A stretch of DNA of 64,000 nt from Alphaproteobacteria bacterium (GCA_047635695.1 JBLILN010000007.1:23733-87732); one strand, 5' to 3'; positions 8,431-18,257 are shown, counted from the stretch's first letter. Numbers and translations: made by a program. Notes: generated from the letters alone by a model not told the origin.

Positions 8431-9390
8431 TTATTTGCTGTTTTTTAAAACATTATAAAGTGCTGTCATATCCGCAGGCATCGGTTCTTCAAAGCGTAAT
8501 TCTTCCCCTGTAATAGGGTGTGTGAAGCCTAAAATAGTGGCGTGAAGCATTTGATGGTCAAGTTCATTGATTAACTTAACCGCTTCGCCATTTTGCATTT
8601 TTTTACGTTTACCGTAAGTAGGGTCAGCAATAATATTGTTATGTATATGGTTTGCGTGAACGCGAATTTGGTGCGTGCGTCCTGTATAAAGTTTGAATTT
8701 TAAAAGACAAGCTTCAGCGTTGAAAGTTTCAAGTACTTCAAATGTTGTAATAGCTTCTTTGCCACCACGTTCAATAACGGCCATTTTTTTGCGGTCACGT
8801 GGGTGGCGACCTATCATGGTTTCCACACGTCTTTCAACACTCATCGGGCGGCCATAGCATAGTGCTAAGTAATTGCGCTCCATAATGCGCTCAGCAAACA
8901 TTTCGCTGAGAGCTTTGTGCGTTGCGTCGTCTTTTGCAACAACCATAACACCACTTGTGCCTTTGTCGAGCCTGTGCACGATACCAGGGCGTTCTACGCC
9001 GCCAATGCCGCTCAGGTCTTTACAATGGAAGAGAAGGGCGTTCACAAGCGTGCCAGACACCATAGGGCCAGCAGGGTGAACACTCATACCTGCGGCTTTG
9101 TTAATAATGATAAGGTGATCGTCCTCATATAAAATATCGAGAGGGATATCTTCTGCTGCAATGTCCAGTGTGGTGGCCTCTGGCACATTTAAAGTGAATA
9201 TTTCGCCAACCTTTACTTTATATGAAGGGGTGGATACAACCTTGCCATCTTCTAACATCACATGATTATCAGAAATTAACTTTTTAAGGCGTTCACGGCT
9301 AAGGTGTGGGAAGGCAGTTGCCAAAAAGCGGTCAAGCCTTTGCTTTTTAGTTTCTTCTTCCACTGCGTCTGTTTTAAATATATCGTTCAT
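8431..9390 (-). CDS. rluD: 23S rRNA pseudouridine synthase RluD (RluA family)
   Basis: N-terminal S4 domain plus the RluA catalytic core with HRLD motif. Start is trimmed to MNDIFK, since the upstream extension is Phe/Lys-rich nonsense. Confidence 0.8.
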   Translation of the reverse strand: MNDIFKTDAVEEETKKQRLDRFLATAFPHLSRERLKKLISDNHVMLEDGKVVSTPSYKVKVGEIFTLNVPEATTLDIAAEDIPLDILYEDDHLIIINKAAGMSVHPAGPMVSGTLVNALLFHCKDLSGIGGVERPGIVHRLDKGTSGVMVVAKDDATHKALSEMFAERIMERNYLALCYGRPMSVERRVETMIGRHPRDRKKMAVIERGGKEAITTFEVLETFNAEACLLKFKLYTGRTHQIRVHANHIHNNIIADPTYGKRKKMQNGEAVKLINELDHQMLHATILGFTHPITGEELRFEEPMPADMTALYNVLKNSK

Positions 9391-9445
9391 AGGGGATATC
9401 TTTACAGTAAATTTAAAAAAAAAGCAAAAAAATGTCATTTTATCC

Positions 9446-9474
9446 TTGCATTGATAGTGGGGATTAGATATAAC
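9446..9474 (+). promoter_or_regulatory. sigma70-like promoter for the tRNA-Glu transcript (TTGCAT-17 bp-TATAAC)
   Basis: -35 TTGCAT 9446..9451, 17-bp spacer, -10 TATAAC 9469..9474, about 19 nt before the tRNA 5' end. Confidence 0.45.
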
Positions 9475-9492
9475 CCTCCTCGTTGACTGTGT

Positions 9493-9569
9493 GTCCCCAT
9501 CGTCTAGTCGGCCTAGGACGCTACCCTTTCACGGTGGAAACAGGGGTTCGAATCCCCTTGGGGATACCA
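9493..9569 (+). tRNA. tRNA-Glu (anticodon TTC)
   Basis: GTCCCCATCGTCTAGTCGGCCTAGGACGCTACCCTTTCACGGTGG...GGTTCGAATCCCC...ACCA; anticodon loop CTTTCAC; GTTCGAATC T-loop; encoded CCA. Confidence 0.9.
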
Positions 9570-9719
9570 TTTAAAAATATTTAAATGGAATCTAGAAATA
9601 GATTACATTTAGAAATATGTTTTTAAGAGTATCATCAGGACAAAGAATTTGTTTAGGTGACACAGACAGCAGGAACGAATACGTTCACAAATGACCGCTA
9701 ACGCAAGTTAGTTTTGTGA

Positions 9720-9794
9720 GCGAGAATAGCTCAGTGGTAGAGCATCACCTTGCCAAGGTGGGGGTCGAGGGTTCGAATCCCTTTTCTCGCTCCA
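9720..9794 (+). tRNA. tRNA-Gly (anticodon GCC)
   Basis: GCGAGAATAGCTCAGTGGTAGAGCATCACCTTGCCAAGGTGGGGGTCGAGGGTTCGAATCCCTTTTCTCGCTCCA; cloverleaf with GCC anticodon. Confidence 0.9.
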
Positions 9795-10039
9795 TTTTTT
9801 AAAAAGAACACCCTTTGGGGTGATTTTTTTGGAAAAATAGCGAAAAAAGGAATTCATGTGTTTAGAATAAACACATGAGCCAAACAAAGTTTGACTTGAA
9901 ACCATAAATGGTTCGAAAGCGCCTTTGGCGCTTCGCTTATGCGTCAAAGACGCAAAGCAATCCCATTTGTGCTAGGCATGCACGCTGTGTCTACGCTCCA
10001 TTTTTAAAATATAAAAGCACACCCGTAGGGTTTTTTTTT
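9786..10039 (+). repeat. direct duplication of the tRNA-Gly 3' end plus terminator (9786..9829 vs 9993..10039) flanking ~165 bp; att-like footprint
   Basis: CGCTCCATTTTTTAAAAAGAACACCCTTTGGGGTGATTTTTTT versus CGCTCCATTTTTAAAATATAAAAGCACACCCGTAGGGTTTTTTTTT. Confidence 0.5.
9808..9830 (+). terminator. terminator after tRNA-Gly (CACCC-TTTG-GGGTG + T7)
   Basis: 5-bp stem plus T-run immediately after the tRNA 3' end. Confidence 0.55.
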
Positions 10040-10388
10040 ATGTTTTAAGGAGGAGGTGATGGACATCGAACCCGATAAGAGGGTTTGATACGTAGCGCAA
10101 GCGAAGTAGGCGGTGAGGCACTTGTGCCAATGGCCGCCCATAGGGTGAGCAACGCTCATCAATCCCGCTCATGCCCCACACATAAACATCCTGTAGGGCG
10201 TTTTTTATGCCTAAATAGCCTTACAAATTAAAAGCTCGAAGGCGTTAATCTTTTATTCATTGCATGCACAGGCTTTATTGTCTATAACATAGCTAAATTC
10301 GAAACACTTTATGCATTTTGCATATATTCTTTTACACAAGCCTTGCGTTTTAACGGCTTACATTCTTACTTCTTTTAAGGAAATACTG

Positions 10389-11009
10389 ATGACTGAACAA
10401 AAATACAGGCGTGCAGCACCAAGTGCAGCAGCTATCTTTCACCGTGGTTTTGTAGGTAATACTTTAAAGTGTTATTTTTCGGCCAAGCGTGACACTAAAA
10501 CAGGCGAACCAACAGGAAAAGACAGCCTTTATGGCGGTATTGCTGAATGCGACACGTTTTATGAAAACCCTGTGGGTTACAGCCATAATAAATTGGTAGA
10601 ACTTTACCGCGAATGTTTGGAAGAAATAGGCCCCGAGTTTGAATCTTACGTCACAGAGGCTTACTTTATTCAAAATGCAAAGTTTGTTTGCGATTTAATT
10701 GTACGAACAGGCGACGTGAATAAAATTCATGACACTATGTTTGTGTCCTTTCGAGTGGACGATGCCTTGGCCGAGTTTTTAGAAACAAAAGCCAAGCCAA
10801 CGGAGGAGCAGTACCCCGCAAAACTTTACGATGTAACATTGTTAAGTGAACAGGTGCTAGGTGACGTTGGAAATGAAGGGCTGTCTGCCCCATATAACGC
10901 ACAAGAGCTTATTTCAGCTATTGTTTTACCAGACGAAATTAACTTGGCACATAAGCATGAATTAAATGCTTTGGCGATGTTTTTCTATAGGAACTTATAT
11001 GAAAATTAA
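10389..11009 (+). CDS. hypothetical protein (its stop overlaps the nadD start)
   Basis: AAGG RBS before the ATG at 10389 (MTEQKYRR...). The ORF-track extension to 10311 lacks an RBS. No family recognised. Confidence 0.45.
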   Translation: MTEQKYRRAAPSAAAIFHRGFVGNTLKCYFSAKRDTKTGEPTGKDSLYGGIAECDTFYENPVGYSHNKLVELYRECLEEIGPEFESYVTEAYFIQNAKFVCDLIVRTGDVNKIHDTMFVSFRVDDALAEFLETKAKPTEEQYPAKLYDVTLLSEQVLGDVGNEGLSAPYNAQELISAIVLPDEINLAHKHELNALAMFFYRNLYEN

Positions 11010-11652
11010 AACGGTTTTACTTGAAGGTGGGTCATTTAACCCTGTCCATCAAACAGGCCATATTGGCTCTATTAAAAATCTTTTTGAAACATTAAATCAC
11101 TTTGGCGCCAAGGTAGACGAAGCTTGGCTATTGCCAGCATTTCAAAACCCCGATAAGCCTACCAAAGGTATGGCCAGTTATCATCACCGTCTTCGTATGT
11201 GCCAAATTCAAGCGGCACCCTATAAAGACTGGTTGAAGGTATGTGGCTTTGAAGGGCAAATAGAAGCGCCGCATTATACGCACACTGTTTTAAAGCAGTT
11301 GATAAAAACTTACCCGCACGTCCAATTTATTTGGATGATGGGCAGCGATAATTTGGTGCATTTTCATGAATGGGAATTTTCCCATGATATTTTGCAACTT
11401 TGCCCAATTGTTGTTGTGGGGCGACCTTGTTCGGCCTATAAGGCGCGTCGGTCTGTCACCATGCAAGAAAATGAGTATGCGGTTTACCCCATTGGCGCCC
11501 CTTTTAACGAAACACCGAATATTCGTTTTGTAGATGCCAATTTAAATGCGAGGGCGACCGATATACGTCAAGCTATCTTAGACGGTGTTGAAACGCCTGA
11601 CCTTCATTCTGATGTACGTGCTTATATCGATAAACACAATTTATACCGTTAA
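10999..11652 (+). CDS. nadD: nicotinate-nucleotide adenylyltransferase
   Basis: GGSFNPVHQTGH nucleotidyltransferase (H/T)xGH motif and C-terminal ATDIR (SxT/IR-like) motif; ~217 aa. Confidence 0.8.
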   Translation: MKIKTVLLEGGSFNPVHQTGHIGSIKNLFETLNHFGAKVDEAWLLPAFQNPDKPTKGMASYHHRLRMCQIQAAPYKDWLKVCGFEGQIEAPHYTHTVLKQLIKTYPHVQFIWMMGSDNLVHFHEWEFSHDILQLCPIVVVGRPCSAYKARRSVTMQENEYAVYPIGAPFNETPNIRFVDANLNARATDIRQAILDGVETPDLHSDVRAYIDKHNLYR

Positions 11653-11663
11653 ATGAAACGAAC

Positions 11664-11694
11664 AAAAAAGCTCCCAGTTTGGGGGCTTTTTTTT
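11664..11694. terminator. bidirectional terminator shared by convergent nadD and ksgA
   Basis: AAAAAAGCTCCCAGTTTGGGGGCTTTTTTTT. Confidence 0.55.
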
Positions 11695-12463
11695 ATAGCT
11701 TATCTGACAGCAGACAAAATTGTTCTGTCGTCAGTGTTTCTGGGCGCTGTGTCGCTTTAACGCCGATAGATTCTATCTGTTCGACATCTAAAATACTCTT
11801 CAGGCTGGCACGCAACATTTTACGGCGCTTAGTGAATGTGCTTTGCAGTATATAGCTGAGTTTTTTATCGTCAGCATTGAACCTTTTTTCGTCTAACGGT
11901 ATAAGGGAAACGATAGAAGAGGTTACTTTGGGTTGCGGAAAGAAGGCCGTGGGCGGCACGTCAAAAAGTCTTTTACGGCTACAATATAAGTCACACCAAA
12001 CGGCAAGGCGACCCCAGTGATTGTCGTTTACATTGGCGGTGATACGTTGAATAACTTCTTTTTGTAACATGAAGGTCATCGCACTAATATGTGCGCCCAT
12101 TTTAATGGCGTTGAACACAATTTGTGTGCCAACGTTATAAGGCAGGTTGCCCACAAGTTTGTATTTTCCTTGCGTCAGTGTTGTGAGGTTTTGCTTTAAA
12201 GCGTCACCGATAATGACGGTGAGGCGACCATCATATTTTTCATTGAGTGCATCTAAAGGCACAAGCATGCGTTCGTCCATTTCAAGGGCTATCACATGGG
12301 CGCCTGCTGCAAGTAAATGTTCAGTTAAAGCACCTTGACCAGGCCCCACTTCAATAATAGTTTCGCCTACCTGTGGGTTAATAGCCTGAATAATTTTACG
12401 AATAATATTTTGATCGGTCAGGAAATTCTGACCGAGTGATTTCTTCGCTTCAATTTCGCTCAT
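11693..12463 (-). CDS. rsmA: 16S rRNA (adenine1518/1519-N6)-dimethyltransferase RsmA/KsgA
   Basis: SAM-binding VxEVGPGxGxLT motif and the overall KsgA family pattern. Confidence 0.9.
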   Translation of the reverse strand: MSEIEAKKSLGQNFLTDQNIIRKIIQAINPQVGETIIEVGPGQGALTEHLLAAGAHVIALEMDERMLVPLDALNEKYDGRLTVIIGDALKQNLTTLTQGKYKLVGNLPYNVGTQIVFNAIKMGAHISAMTFMLQKEVIQRITANVNDNHWGRLAVWCDLYCSRKRLFDVPPTAFFPQPKVTSSIVSLIPLDEKRFNADDKKLSYILQSTFTKRRKMLRASLKSILDVEQIESIGVKATQRPETLTTEQFCLLSDKL

Positions 12464-12472
12464 GTTTTTTCC

Positions 12473-13762
12473 TTAAAGGCGTAGTTCAACGTAGGCTTGG
12501 CGGCGCAGGTCACGAACAAAGCGCTTGGCTGCAAGCTCAAGGCGGTTGCTCATTATACGGCCTTGTAAACGGTTACGATAAATTTGCAATTGCTTTGGCA
12601 AGACGTCACGTTTGTCACTCAGGTGGTAAACCGTTAATATTTCATCTTCTTTTATGACAGGCGTAAAGTCATTAATATCCATGTCTTCAATTTCTTTTTG
12701 GCTTGCTTCTGGTAGCTCTTCTAGGGGGATCCAACCAAGGTCACCACTGCCTTTGTTTTGCAAGTTATCTTCATGGCGCTGGGTCATTTCTTCAATGTCA
12801 CCGAGGAGTTCCATGCCTTTAATTTCTTTATTAAAGAGATCTTCCAATGCTTGCTTATCTTGAGCACCTAGTAAGTTAACCTGGTATTTGAATAGTTTGT
12901 ATTCTGTAATAGGTTCGCTTGAAAATTCTTTGGTTTTCTTAACATTGGCGACATATAAAATATGCCAACCATTAGGTGTTGAGATAGGTTTGCTAATGTG
13001 GCCTTTTTCTAAAGTGACAAGGGCGTCGTCAAGGGCAGGGGACAATTCACCCGCACCGTACCAGCCAAGGTAACCGTCTTTACCTTCTTTTGATGATGTT
13101 TCTTCGCCGAAAGCTTCTGCAAGGCTATGAAAGTCAACTTCGTCGCTTTGAAATTTATTATAAATATTAGAAACGTGTTTTTCCATTTTTTTGTTGCTTG
13201 TGCCTTTGGCGTGGGCAATGAAAATTTGGTAAACTTCTTTTTCCCAGTTATTTTTGCCGTTGTTAATATTGGCCAGTAGGCGGTCAATTTCGCCTTTGCT
13301 CACAGTCACACGTGGGCGCAATTTTTTATCAACAATTTTTTGACGCATTAGGCTAGCAGCAATTTTTGCTTTTGCCGTGTCAACCAAGCCATTGGCTAGG
13401 TTAAAAAATGCGCCGTGTGTCATGTTGTTACGTTTTTCAATTTCTGCAATAGCAAGGTCAATTTCAGAATCGCTGACAACAATACCTTGTTGCGCGGCAT
13501 ATTGACGCTGCACTTCTTCGTTGACGAGGTCATTGAGTGTTTTGTTGTAAATGTTTTTCAATTGCTCTTGCGGAATTTTTTGACGAAGTTGGCGTTTGAT
13601 AAGCTCAAAGCGCTGGTCAAGGTCTTGTTGCGTGATCACAGAACCACTCACAACAGCAATAACGCGGTCGGTTGATTTTTGATTGATTGCAGCAGTTGCG
13701 ACCCCGTTAAAGAACAAGGCACATGCTAGGGCGAAAGATAGAGTAAATTTATACATTTTCAT
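12473..13762 (-). CDS. surA: periplasmic chaperone / PPIase SurA
   Basis: Signal peptide MKMYKFTLSFALACALFFNGVATAA, SurA N-domain and parvulin-type PPIase domains; start trimmed to the signal-peptide Met. Confidence 0.8.
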   Translation of the reverse strand: MKMYKFTLSFALACALFFNGVATAAINQKSTDRVIAVVSGSVITQQDLDQRFELIKRQLRQKIPQEQLKNIYNKTLNDLVNEEVQRQYAAQQGIVVSDSEIDLAIAEIEKRNNMTHGAFFNLANGLVDTAKAKIAASLMRQKIVDKKLRPRVTVSKGEIDRLLANINNGKNNWEKEVYQIFIAHAKGTSNKKMEKHVSNIYNKFQSDEVDFHSLAEAFGEETSSKEGKDGYLGWYGAGELSPALDDALVTLEKGHISKPISTPNGWHILYVANVKKTKEFSSEPITEYKLFKYQVNLLGAQDKQALEDLFNKEIKGMELLGDIEEMTQRHEDNLQNKGSGDLGWIPLEELPEASQKEIEDMDINDFTPVIKEDEILTVYHLSDKRDVLPKQLQIYRNRLQGRIMSNRLELAAKRFVRDLRRQAYVELRL

Positions 13763-13860
13763 GTGACAGATATTGCCTGAATTTACGCATAATTTCAACT
13801 AAAAAAACACAGGCGCCATAAGCTTGTAACAGTTAAACTTGTAGGGTGAAATATAATTTT

Positions 13861-15963
13861 CTATTCGCTGTCTCTGCCCAGTGTTAAAAGCTCTAAATTG
13901 AGCAAATAGTCGGTTGACGGCGTGACGTTGCGGTTGCTAAAGCCACGTCTTCTTGATTTAAATGACAAACGGTAACATTGGTGTGTATAGTTTATTTCAC
14001 CTTCTGTGTTTAGCAGGTGACCATCATTTGTGAGGTCCTTGTGCACTTCACCACCAATATCAAATTCCTCATTAAAGCGGTAACGACCTGTTATTTTGAA
14101 TTCTTCAGGGCCATTGTCTAATTGTGAATGTGTTAATTGTAGGTACGTATTTTTTCTGTCACCGAGTGTAAGGGAGTTATCCATACGTTTTGTTTCAAAG
14201 GTTGCATTATCGAGGCGGAACTTGGTACTAAAGTTTATGCCATTGTAAGGTTCACCTTCAAATATACCCACCCAGTCAGAAACTTGTGTTTCTGTGCCAC
14301 CTGTTGTTGGTAGGTCTGCATCATCGAAGAAGCGGTATGACTGACCAAAAAAGGCGCGCCATGTGGTTTGGCCATTTTCGCCCCATTGGTTGTCGACACC
14401 ATAAATAAATCGGGTGCCGCTTTCAATCCGGTCGTAACCAGCAAAGCGGTTGGTGTCAAATAAGTTTGACGTATCCAGTTCGTAGGCAACGGAATCTTCA
14501 TTTGGTATTTCATTGGGGTTCCCACCACGTGGTGAAGCGACAAACATGGCTTGTGGGGTCACTTTATGATAACCACTCGTTGAAATGAAAGGTCTTTGCC
14601 ACTGCAATGAAATTTGCGGTATAATACGACCCGTTGTGCCTTCTTCACCGTCAGTGCTGTAAGCATCGGTTTCTATATGATAAACGTCGCCGCGTACACT
14701 GGCTGTAAAGTCAAATTTGTTACCAGAATTTGTAATATAAACATCTCTGTATTCTGCTTCAGTGACAAAGCGCTGTGATGTTGTGCCTTCACCACGGCTG
14801 AGGTTTAAAATATTGGCTGAAAGGGTGAGGGTATTTGATTTATTATGATCAAGGTTAAAGCCACGCTCAAAAATGAATTTTGGCATCACCTGCGCTGTTT
14901 TGTCATCGTCGCCATTAAGGGTTTGGTCTTGGTAAAATGTGGTAACGGCGCCGTAGTAATGGTTAGGTGATGTGTCTTCAGCGTAAATTGTGCTGGCAAG
15001 GTGTGACGGGTTTTCGTCCAAAAATGCATCGTAATAAGTATCATCAGAGGCCAAGTTAATGTTGGCACCCACACGTCTGCCTTTTTTGGCAATATATTCA
15101 AATTCAGCTTCAAGGTTCGAGCGTAAAGAATCCGTTTTTTCATCATCAATAGCGGTGGCTCTTATTTCGCTGTAAATATGTTTAGAGCTGTAACGGTGCT
15201 CGGCGCCATACATCATGCCACGCTCTGTCATGTAGCGTAGGCGTGCTGTAGCGTCTTGGTTTTCTGAAATACGTTTGTAGTAACCTGTTTTAATTTCAAA
15301 GCCACGGCTGGTGGAAGAACCAAAGCGTGGGATTAAAAGGCCGTCCTCTGCCTTTTCAACAACGCTGTGTTTGAAATAAGGCAGGTAAAGAATGGGGGTG
15401 CCATAAACGTCTAGTATAGCGTCATCATATGTGGCTGTGCCTTTTTCGCTGTTATATTCAATTTTACCCGCGCGGATTTTCCAAGGTAGGTCATCATCGT
15501 CTTCGCCACATTCAGCGCAGGGGCTGTAAACAGCATTTTCAAGTGTTAAAATACCAGCGCTGGTTTTAGACGCTTTTTTGGCGGCAAGTTTAGGGCCGTT
15601 TTCATTTTCGCCACCCAGACGCACACGTAAATTGTGTAAAACAGCAGCCTTAAGGTCATCTTTTAATTCAATTTCATCCAAAATAATGGTGATGTTATCG
15701 GCGTCTACATAGGTCACATTGCCCTTGGCAAAAACTTGTCCACTTTCGGTGTTGTAACGAAGGCTGTCTGCCCATAAGTTACCACTATCAGACAATATAT
15801 TAACGTTACCTGTGGCTGTTACTTCTGTGCCTTTTTCGCTGTATTGTACGTCATCAGCAAGCAGGGCAAAGTCGTCCTTGGCTTCGGCAGTATAGGCAGG
15901 AGAAAGTGTTACAGCAGTTGTGACAGATAGCAGTGTTAATAAGTTTTTGGCATAAGGGTGCAT
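13861..15963 (-). CDS. lptD: LPS-assembly outer-membrane protein LptD
   Basis: Signal peptide, OstA-like N-domain and large C-terminal beta-barrel; conserved position before surA. Confidence 0.85.
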   Translation of the reverse strand: MHPYAKNLLTLLSVTTAVTLSPAYTAEAKDDFALLADDVQYSEKGTEVTATGNVNILSDSGNLWADSLRYNTESGQVFAKGNVTYVDADNITIILDEIELKDDLKAAVLHNLRVRLGGENENGPKLAAKKASKTSAGILTLENAVYSPCAECGEDDDDLPWKIRAGKIEYNSEKGTATYDDAILDVYGTPILYLPYFKHSVVEKAEDGLLIPRFGSSTSRGFEIKTGYYKRISENQDATARLRYMTERGMMYGAEHRYSSKHIYSEIRATAIDDEKTDSLRSNLEAEFEYIAKKGRRVGANINLASDDTYYDAFLDENPSHLASTIYAEDTSPNHYYGAVTTFYQDQTLNGDDDKTAQVMPKFIFERGFNLDHNKSNTLTLSANILNLSRGEGTTSQRFVTEAEYRDVYITNSGNKFDFTASVRGDVYHIETDAYSTDGEEGTTGRIIPQISLQWQRPFISTSGYHKVTPQAMFVASPRGGNPNEIPNEDSVAYELDTSNLFDTNRFAGYDRIESGTRFIYGVDNQWGENGQTTWRAFFGQSYRFFDDADLPTTGGTETQVSDWVGIFEGEPYNGINFSTKFRLDNATFETKRMDNSLTLGDRKNTYLQLTHSQLDNGPEEFKITGRYRFNEEFDIGGEVHKDLTNDGHLLNTEGEINYTHQCYRLSFKSRRRGFSNRNVTPSTDYLLNLELLTLGRDSE

Positions 15964-16050
15964 AAAATTGTTTTTCTTTGTTATGCAAAATGCCATCTCA
16001 CATTGTTAGATGCATTTTGTCATAATTTTTTAATACATAAAAGTGACGTG

Positions 16051-17163
16051 TCACTCTTCTCTGAAATGCAAGAACAGGCTTAACCCTAAGAACCCCGCAA
16101 TAAGGGTTGGTAGCCATGCTGCTAACGTAATATCAATACGTCCAGCCATGCCGTAGTTGCTAATGAAGTTGGTAAAGAAGTAAAAGGCAAAGCCAAAACC
16201 TACTCCCACCATCAGCATACGCGCCATACCTTGATTTCTTGAGAATTGTAACGCAAAAGGCGCCGCAATCAAAAACATTGCGAGTATCAAGGCAGGTGAA
16301 GAAATGAGTTTTTGCCACTGCATTTCGTGTGATTGTGTAGGGAAACCAGTGTCTTGAAGCTTGTCTATGAAGTTTTTAAGCTCCCACACACTAAGTGTTT
16401 GTGGTGATGTAAAACTGTTACGGATTGTCTCTGGTGTGAGGACGGTGTTCAACTCCATAGACTTTGATCGTTCTGACGGTTGCCCTGGTTTTAAAATAAG
16501 AGGCGTGTCTAAAAGCCATTTATCTGTTCTTAGGCGCATATTAGGTGTGTCGATACGTTTAATAAAATGACCATCTTTGTCATTGACAAAAACAGTAGCC
16601 TCTTCAAGCCTGCGGCCATTATCAGCAATATTTTTTGCGAAAATGAGTAGATTTTCGGTTTCGTCGTCTTGCCTTAACCATACTTGCCCACCATTGGTGA
16701 GGAAGCCTTGGATAGAACCTGGAAATATTTCAGCTTCTAGTTTTTGGTAGCTTTTAAGCGTTGTCGAAGCAAAGGGGTTTAAGGTAAATAAGTTAAACAA
16801 GCCAATAGTCATACAAACAATCAAAGGTGAAATCAGAAAGTTCCTTGCAGGGACACCGCTAGCACGGATAACAATAAGCTCATGGTCTTTTGTGAGTTTT
16901 GAAAAGCAAAGCAAAGTACCTATTAAAATAGCAAAGGGTGTTAATTGCAAAAGTTGATCGGGCATTTTTAATAATAACATTTCCAAGGCAACAGGGCCGG
17001 CGTCAATGTTTTTCGCGCCAAGGCGTCTGGTAAGCTCCATAAAGTCGAGCAATGAAACAATGCCAAGTAAGGTAATGGTTGTAAAAAATACAGAAGCAAG
17101 AAAACGCTTTGCTAAGTAAATAAACAAAGTTGGGGTGAGTGTTTTTGTCTTGGTTATTTGCAT
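16051..17163 (-). CDS. lptG: LPS export ABC permease LptG (YjgP/YjgQ family)
   Basis: Six-TM permease with periplasmic beta-jellyroll insert; paired with lptF. Confidence 0.8.
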   Translation of the reverse strand: MQITKTKTLTPTLFIYLAKRFLASVFFTTITLLGIVSLLDFMELTRRLGAKNIDAGPVALEMLLLKMPDQLLQLTPFAILIGTLLCFSKLTKDHELIVIRASGVPARNFLISPLIVCMTIGLFNLFTLNPFASTTLKSYQKLEAEIFPGSIQGFLTNGGQVWLRQDDETENLLIFAKNIADNGRRLEEATVFVNDKDGHFIKRIDTPNMRLRTDKWLLDTPLILKPGQPSERSKSMELNTVLTPETIRNSFTSPQTLSVWELKNFIDKLQDTGFPTQSHEMQWQKLISSPALILAMFLIAAPFALQFSRNQGMARMLMVGVGFGFAFYFFTNFISNYGMAGRIDITLAAWLPTLIAGFLGLSLFLHFREE

Positions 17164-17165
17164 AA

Positions 17166-18257
17166 TTAAAACGCCTCTTCTTCTTTTTGTCTGTCACTGA
17201 TGATGATACAGCAAATAATACATACGCCTATAGGGACGACCCACTGCCCGTATAAAAAGAGAAGGCTCCCTTTATTGGCAATATTGTGGTTAATCACAAT
17301 AAGGGCTTGATAACAAAATGCGATTAAAGTGGCAATGGTGGCAGGCCTCACAGAACCAAAGCGTCTGCTTCTGGTACGAATAAGCACGCAAGCAGGAATA
17401 AGTACCAATGGGAAGACACTAAAGGGCCACAAGAGACGCTTATGGAATTCAGCTTTATATTCGCTGGCATCTTTATCCGAAAGATCTTCGGTATTTAATA
17501 ACTCGCCAAGATACAGCTCTTGCGCGCCACGTTTGCGGCTGGTGGGCTTCGCAATTTGTCTCATAATATCGACGGTATGTTTTTCGAACTCTAATACACT
17601 TAGGCGGTCGCCGCTCACTTCTTGCCTTGTACCTTTATGAAGGACAAGGCTTGGGTAGCCCTTATCAGAAAATATAATACGACCGCTTTCTGCCATCCAA
17701 GTGATAGGACTCTGAGGGTTTTGCGTGTCATGTACTAAAATACCATCAAGCTTATAGTTTGGGTGCTTCTTGCGAATATACACCATGGTGTCTGCGCCCA
17801 TTTGGTTGAAAGCACCTTCTTCAAGTAAAATATTACCACCACCTTCGCGGATGTCATGCTGTAAAGCTTTGAAGCTCGACATACCCGCTGGCATAAACCA
17901 AAGTGTAATGCTGTAGCATAAAGTCATAACAATGGTTGCCATAAACATGGAAGGCCAAATAATACGCCAACGGCTTTGCCCTGAAGCAAAGAAGGCGCTC
18001 AGTTCATTGTCGTCATTTAAGCGCTTGTATGAAAAGGTGGCGCCCGCAAATAATGAAAGGGGTAATATAACGATAAGTAGAGAAGGGATAACAAGCACGG
18101 TAATCCAAAGAAAGGTTGAAACGTCGAGCCCTTTGTTCACAATGTAGTCCATAAAGCGTAATGACTGCATAAGCCATACAATAGAAAGAAGCACAACGAG
18201 TGCCGTAATCGTTGGCTTAACTTGGTCTTTAAATAAATATTTAGTAAATATACGCAA
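17166..18257 (-). CDS. lptF: LPS export ABC permease LptF (YjgP/YjgQ family), TTG start
   Basis: Same family as lptG; divergent from pepA as in many Proteobacteria. Confidence 0.8.
   Translation of the reverse strand: MRIFTKYLFKDQVKPTITALVVLLSIVWLMQSLRFMDYIVNKGLDVSTFLWITVLVIPSLLIVILPLSLFAGATFSYKRLNDDNELSAFFASGQSRWRIIWPSMFMATIVMTLCYSITLWFMPAGMSSFKALQHDIREGGGNILLEEGAFNQMGADTMVYIRKKHPNYKLDGILVHDTQNPQSPITWMAESGRIIFSDKGYPSLVLHKGTRQEVSGDRLSVLEFEKHTVDIMRQIAKPTSRKRGAQELYLGELLNTEDLSDKDASEYKAEFHKRLLWPFSVFPLVLIPACVLIRTRSRRFGSVRPATIATLIAFCYQALIVINHNIANKGSLLFLYGQWVVPIGVCIICCIIISDRQKEEEAF

Noticed and set aside
9708-9947. 79-aa minus-strand ORF
   Set aside because: Overlaps tRNA-Gly and its terminator; artefact of the tRNA sequence.
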